In this document: piece by piece, positions 60,258 through 64,000 of the stretch | Layout of the letters: every line of letters begins with the position of its first letter | How positions within the stretch are numbered: the stretch's first letter is position 1 | Origin: a virus | Lineage: Duplodnaviria; Heunggongvirae; Uroviricota; Caudoviricetes | Strand: one strand, 5' to 3' | Length of the DNA: 64,000 bases | IMG/VR virus record: IMGVR_UViG_2917461297_000001 | Span: 56,643-120,642 of that record | Translations under genes and position numbers: made by a program | Notes under the pieces: model-generated | Databases searched by the model: none | Told to the model about the DNA's origin: nothing | What the model saw: the letters and a program-made list of their open reading frames with translations, nothing else

Positions 60258-60683
60258 ATGGGCAAATTAACGTTAAAAGAAGCGCAAGAAAAAGAAGAAA
60301 ATTTAGTTACCCAGTTACACGGGTGTTTAAACGAAATTGAAGAGTTGGCTTTATGTGATGATAACCTTATCATTGATTCAGTAGAGTTTAACAACAGTAA
60401 AAATTATTACAACTCATTCAACACGAACAACCATGATATTACTATGCAACTAATGATTACAATCAAACATGCTAATTCATTTGTGGACGAAGATGAAGCA
60501 GATAATGGTCAACGGCTTCAAGACAGAGCAGAACAAATATTAAAAGACTACAAAGAATATTGCGACATGTTGTACAAGGAACGAGAGTTTAAACCAAGTG
60601 ATACTGATAAAGCTAGCACGCTTCATAAATATTTTAATAATAGCATGAAAAAAATATTTGTTAGTGATGGATTGGTGAAATAA
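60258..60683 (+). CDS. hypothetical protein
   Basis: 141-aa ORF. Confidence 0.35.
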   Translation: MGKLTLKEAQEKEENLVTQLHGCLNEIEELALCDDNLIIDSVEFNNSKNYYNSFNTNNHDITMQLMITIKHANSFVDEDEADNGQRLQDRAEQILKDYKEYCDMLYKEREFKPSDTDKASTLHKYFNNSMKKIFVSDGLVK

Positions 60684-60687
60684 TTTT

Positions 60688-61275
60688 ATGACAAATAAAA
60701 CATGTAAGCTATCTTTACCGCTACCTACATCATTAAACAAATTATACATACAACAATTCTCTGGGGGCAGACCAACGGGCAAGAAGATTTTATCCAAAGC
60801 TGGCAAAGAGAACAGAATGGATATTATGATTAATGTTGAGAGACAAATGTCCTTGCCAATAAATGTTGATTGGGATATTGAATATACACGTGATAATTAC
60901 ATATTTATGGATATTGACGCATATGTAACAAGAGTGAACGTTGACTTGGATAATACTTTGAAGTCACTTAATGATTCAATTGAGGAATCGGGATTAGTTT
61001 TTATTAATGATAAAAAAGTAGTTCCAAGATTTAACAGAGTATATATCGATTCAGCTAACCCTCGTTTAGAATTAACATTTACTCAAACAGGTTGGCATGG
61101 CATTTTTAACAACCAGTACGAAAGAGATAAGTTTGAAAGCAAGTGTAAATTATGCACAAGGTATAGAAACGGTGTTTGTTCAATCTTGAAGAAAACATTA
61201 GAAAATAAATTAATTGATGAAGTCATTGAAGAAGACAATCAATACGTTTGTTCTAAGTTTAAGGAGAAGAAGTAA
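60688..61275 (+). CDS. hypothetical protein
   Basis: 195 aa; cysteine pairs near the C-terminus (CKLCTRYRNGVC). Confidence 0.35.
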   Translation: MTNKTCKLSLPLPTSLNKLYIQQFSGGRPTGKKILSKAGKENRMDIMINVERQMSLPINVDWDIEYTRDNYIFMDIDAYVTRVNVDLDNTLKSLNDSIEESGLVFINDKKVVPRFNRVYIDSANPRLELTFTQTGWHGIFNNQYERDKFESKCKLCTRYRNGVCSILKKTLENKLIDEVIEEDNQYVCSKFKEKK

Positions 61276-61501
61276 GATGAAAATTGTTATGGATAGATGT
61301 GTTTTAGAAGAGTTTGCAACTAAGTGGAGAATTAAAATCAGAAGAGAAAGAATTACTGATATGGCGAAAGTTATAAGTCAATATTGTTAATACATATTTG
61401 CATTCCTCACATGAAAAATTGTGGGGAATTTTTATAGACAAATAAATGCACAGAGTATATAATGATTATAAGGAAATAAATTAATAGATAAAGGTGATAA
61501 A

Positions 61502-62056
61502 ATGAAAAGGTGGACGAAGGAAGAGGTTGAGCTACTTATCGACTTAAAAGAAAATAAGAAACTTAAATATAAGGACATTGCTAATATTTTAAACAAAACA
61601 CCTCAGCAATGTGCTAGTAAATATCAACGTCACCACAAATATGATTACACGATAAATGGCTCTTTTAGGACAAATAGAAAATGGACGCATGAAGAAGACA
61701 ACCTTTTAAAAAAATATAAAGACAACACATACAAAGAATTGATGAAATTATTTCCTGACAGAACCATTAACGGCATTACCAACAGAATGCAAAAATTAGG
61801 GGTTAAAAGAGTAGCAAATAATACTATTAATTATGAACAAGAACAGTTTATAAAAGAAAATTATTTAAAGATGACTAATATTCAACTGGCTAGAGCTTTG
61901 AATGTAGACAGGCAAGTCATAGCCAGAGTTAAAAGAAGAGAAGGACTAGAAACAGACAAAGTGTGGAGACTAAAAAAGATTGAATTTGATGAGGAAGATG
62001 TAATGTCTATAAACGCAGAATTTGAACTTAGTTTAGAAAAGAAAGAAGGAAGCTAA
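61502..62056 (+). CDS. Myb/SANT-like DNA-binding protein (candidate recombination accessory/regulator)
   Basis: Repeated W/helix pattern (RWTKEEVELL.., RKWTHEEDNLLKKY) typical of SANT/Myb repeats, plus a C-terminal HTH; its stop overlaps the recombinase start (TAATG). Confidence 0.4.
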   Translation: MKRWTKEEVELLIDLKENKKLKYKDIANILNKTPQQCASKYQRHHKYDYTINGSFRTNRKWTHEEDNLLKKYKDNTYKELMKLFPDRTINGITNRMQKLGVKRVANNTINYEQEQFIKENYLKMTNIQLARALNVDRQVIARVKRREGLETDKVWRLKKIEFDEEDVMSINAEFELSLEKKEGS

Positions 62057-63615
62057 TGAATAATATTATGAGCGGCTACTATGACGAATTAGATAACCAA
62101 GAGAGCCAAATTCAAAATGTAGCTATATATGCAAGGAAATCACGTGCAGATGAGGGAGAAAAAGACTTAGCTAATCATTTACTTAGGCTAAAAGCTAGGT
62201 GTGATTTAAACGAATGGCGGTACGAAATATACAAAGAAATTGGTTCCGGAAGCACGATAGATGATAGACCAGAAATGATTAGATTATTAAATGACGTTCA
62301 GACTGGTGTATATGACGCTGTTGTGGTTGTTGATTTGGACAGGTTATCAAGAGGTAAGGGTGCTGATTTAGATAGGATATTAGGTATTTTTAGAAACAAT
62401 AATGTTAAGATAGTTCAAGAATCACCTTATGAAGTATATAACTTAGCAAATTCAGACCATGCTCAAATGTTAGAAATGAAAATGTTCTTCGGCAATATGG
62501 AATTAATGCAGTCAAAGAAAAGATTCAGAGAAGGTAGACGCTTAGCTAGGCATCTAGGAAAATGGGTAAGTGGTCAAGCTCCATTAGGATATGACATTGA
62601 CAGGAAGACAACTAAATTAGTTATCAATGAAAAAGAAAAAGAAATAATCGATTTAATGAAAGAATTATACCTTGTAGCAAATTATAATGGTGTAGAAATA
62701 GCAGAGGAGTTAAATTCAAAAGGCTATAAAACAAAAAGGGGAAAGTTATTTACTTCTAGCAGCGTATATAAGACATTAAAAAATGAAACATATACGGGTA
62801 CGACTGTATATAACAAATCAAGAGGAAATCATAGAAACTCTAAAGATTTATACTCATCAGGGTTGCCGTTTGAAAGGTTAGATGAGTCAGAATGGAAACG
62901 TAATTATAACACACACGAACCTATTATTTCTAAACAAGAATATCAACAAATAATCGAAAAAATTAACGAAAACAAATATGTTAGAGAAGATAAAGGGCGA
63001 CGCTCGGCATTATCGGGATTATGCTATACGCCCGAAGGTTTACTTTACACAAACGGTAATTATGATAGACACACAAAAATGCCTAAAAATATTACAGTTA
63101 AAAATAGGAAAGCGACAGAAGCAGAAAACTATATAGCTGTACCAATAATGCTCGTTGAGTCTGTGATTCTTGAGTCATTAAAAATTCTTGAAGAAGAAAT
63201 TATGGAAATGTTAGATAGTGACGACAATACAAAGTTAGTTGAACAACTAGAAAGTAGAGCAGAAAAGATAAGCAAAGAAGTAATTAAAATCGAAGATGAA
63301 ATCATGAGAATACAAGATGGATTTTTGTCTGGATTATTTGATGCTAAAGAAGCTAAAGAAATTAAAGAGAAAAAATTAAAAATCATCACAAAAAAGAAAA
63401 GTGAAATTGAGGGTATCAAAGGGGAAATCGACAAAGTATCTAAGAGTAAAAACATAACAAAACTAGAAAGGATAAATAACTTTTATAATAAAATTGAAAC
63501 CACAACAGATGTAAATGAGTTGAACCAAATCTATAAGCGATTAATTAATAAAATTATAGTAAGTAGAACGGTAAATAATCCAAACGTGGTAAATATTAAA
63601 GTGAACTTTAAATAA
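62056..63615 (+). CDS. large serine recombinase (prophage integrase)
   Basis: N-terminal resolvase catalytic domain with AIYARKSR (Ser nucleophile), [11 protein letters not shown] and DRLSRG; 519 aa with recombinase and coiled-coil C-terminal region; last phage gene before the host gene. Confidence 0.8.
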   Translation: MNNIMSGYYDELDNQESQIQNVAIYARKSRADEGEKDLANHLLRLKARCDLNEWRYEIYKEIGSGSTIDDRPEMIRLLNDVQTGVYDAVVVVDLDRLSRGKGADLDRILGIFRNNNVKIVQESPYEVYNLANSDHAQMLEMKMFFGNMELMQSKKRFREGRRLARHLGKWVSGQAPLGYDIDRKTTKLVINEKEKEIIDLMKELYLVANYNGVEIAEELNSKGYKTKRGKLFTSSSVYKTLKNETYTGTTVYNKSRGNHRNSKDLYSSGLPFERLDESEWKRNYNTHEPIISKQEYQQIIEKINENKYVREDKGRRSALSGLCYTPEGLLYTNGNYDRHTKMPKNITVKNRKATEAENYIAVPIMLVESVILESLKILEEEIMEMLDSDDNTKLVEQLESRAEKISKEVIKIEDEIMRIQDGFLSGLFDAKEAKEIKEKKLKIITKKKSEIEGIKGEIDKVSKSKNITKLERINNFYNKIETTTDVNELNQIYKRLINKIIVSRTVNNPNVVNIKVNFK

Positions 63616-63664
63616 AAGTTGTTCTATTTATTGTTGTGTACCAAGCATAAAATGTTTCGTTAAT

Positions 63665-64000
63665 ATGGACGGAACAGCGATCATGCAAGGTGTCGCTACC
63701 ATTTTCATTGCACAATTATCTGGTGCCGATTTAACAGTACTACAACTCATTACCGTAGTCACTGTAGCCGTGATTGCATCTGTCGGAACAGCCGGCGTCC
63801 CTGGTGTAGGACTCATCATGTTAGCGATGGTATTGACTGCAGTCGGTTTAAATCCAGCCGCTATCGGTATTATCTTAGGGATTGACCGCTTGTTAGATAT
63901 GACGCGTACAGCTGTCAACATTACGGGTGATGCCGCATGTGCGTTGATTTTATCAGAACGTGAAGGTAAAAAACTAAAAGGTAATATGCATGTAGAATAA
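63665..64000 (+). CDS. host dicarboxylate/amino acid:cation symporter (DAACS) family gene, 3' portion (continues past window)
   Basis: [22 protein letters not shown] is the DAACS C-terminal signature; GC content is higher than in the phage genes; the frame is open from 63605 but upstream residues are not transporter-like. Confidence 0.55.
   Translation: MDGTAIMQGVATIFIAQLSGADLTVLQLITVVTVAVIASVGTAGVPGVGLIMLAMVLTAVGLNPAAIGIILGIDRLLDMTRTAVNITGDAACALILSEREGKKLKGNMHVE

Noticed and set aside
1-64000. tRNA or rRNA genes
   Set aside because: No cloverleaf-like segment with a conserved T-loop (GTTCGAAT-type) or rRNA-like conserved blocks was recognised by eye. A tRNAscan run would be needed to exclude phage tRNAs.

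Overview
The window is AT-rich (roughly 70% A+T by eye) and almost every gene is on the + strand, with Shine-Dalgarno sites of the AGGAGG/GGTG type typical of low-GC Firmicutes. By content it looks like the right-hand ~64 kb of a large SPbeta-like temperate phage integrated as a prophage. Gene content and codon style suggest a Staphylococcus-like host, but I cannot confirm that from the sequence alone.

Modules I can support:
- An internal tyrosine recombinase-like gene followed by a DGQHR-motif (DndB/ParB-like) gene and a catalytically degenerate recombinase-like gene.
- A replication module: an SSB-like protein, a free-standing LAGLIDADG homing endonuclease, a RecA-like ATPase, a DnaB-like helicase, a CHC2/TOPRIM primase and a RecJ-like DHH exonuclease. 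This is the same gene order as SPbeta yorG to yorK.
- Many small hypothetical genes, including two YopX-family paralogs.
- A three-domain RNA-repair enzyme with kinase, calcineurin-like phosphatase and KxDG ligase domains (Pnkp-like).
- Two orphan amino-methyltransferases, plus a C5-cytosine methyltransferase whose 5' end sits on an inverted segment flanked by inverted repeats.
- A Pol III alpha (DnaE-family) gene split by a roughly 390-nt ORF-less insert that is probably a group I intron.
- An ATP-dependent DNA ligase, a thermonuclease-like gene, a nucleoside 2-deoxyribosyltransferase-like gene, and a complete class Ib ribonucleotide reductase set (nrdI, nrdE, nrdF, nrdH) with a dNMP kinase-like and a MazG-like gene.
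- An SPFH membrane module.
- A Myb-like gene translationally coupled to a large serine recombinase that abuts the 3' fragment of a host DAACS-type transporter gene. I read this as the prophage right end.

Most unusual items:
- A catalytically intact TnpB/Cas12-like RuvC nuclease under a strong sigma-A promoter, followed by a CRISPR-like mini-array of two 39-bp repeats, one degenerate repeat and two 27-bp spacers.
- A promoter-plus-5'-CDS inversion switch on the C5-methyltransferase.
- A 12-nt intergenic motif, AAATAAATTA(A/T)T, present at least 16 times and always on the + strand.
- An SSB-type DLPF C-terminal tip on the SSB-like protein, the helicase and the RecJ-like exonuclease.

All calls come from motif recognition by eye; no database search was possible.
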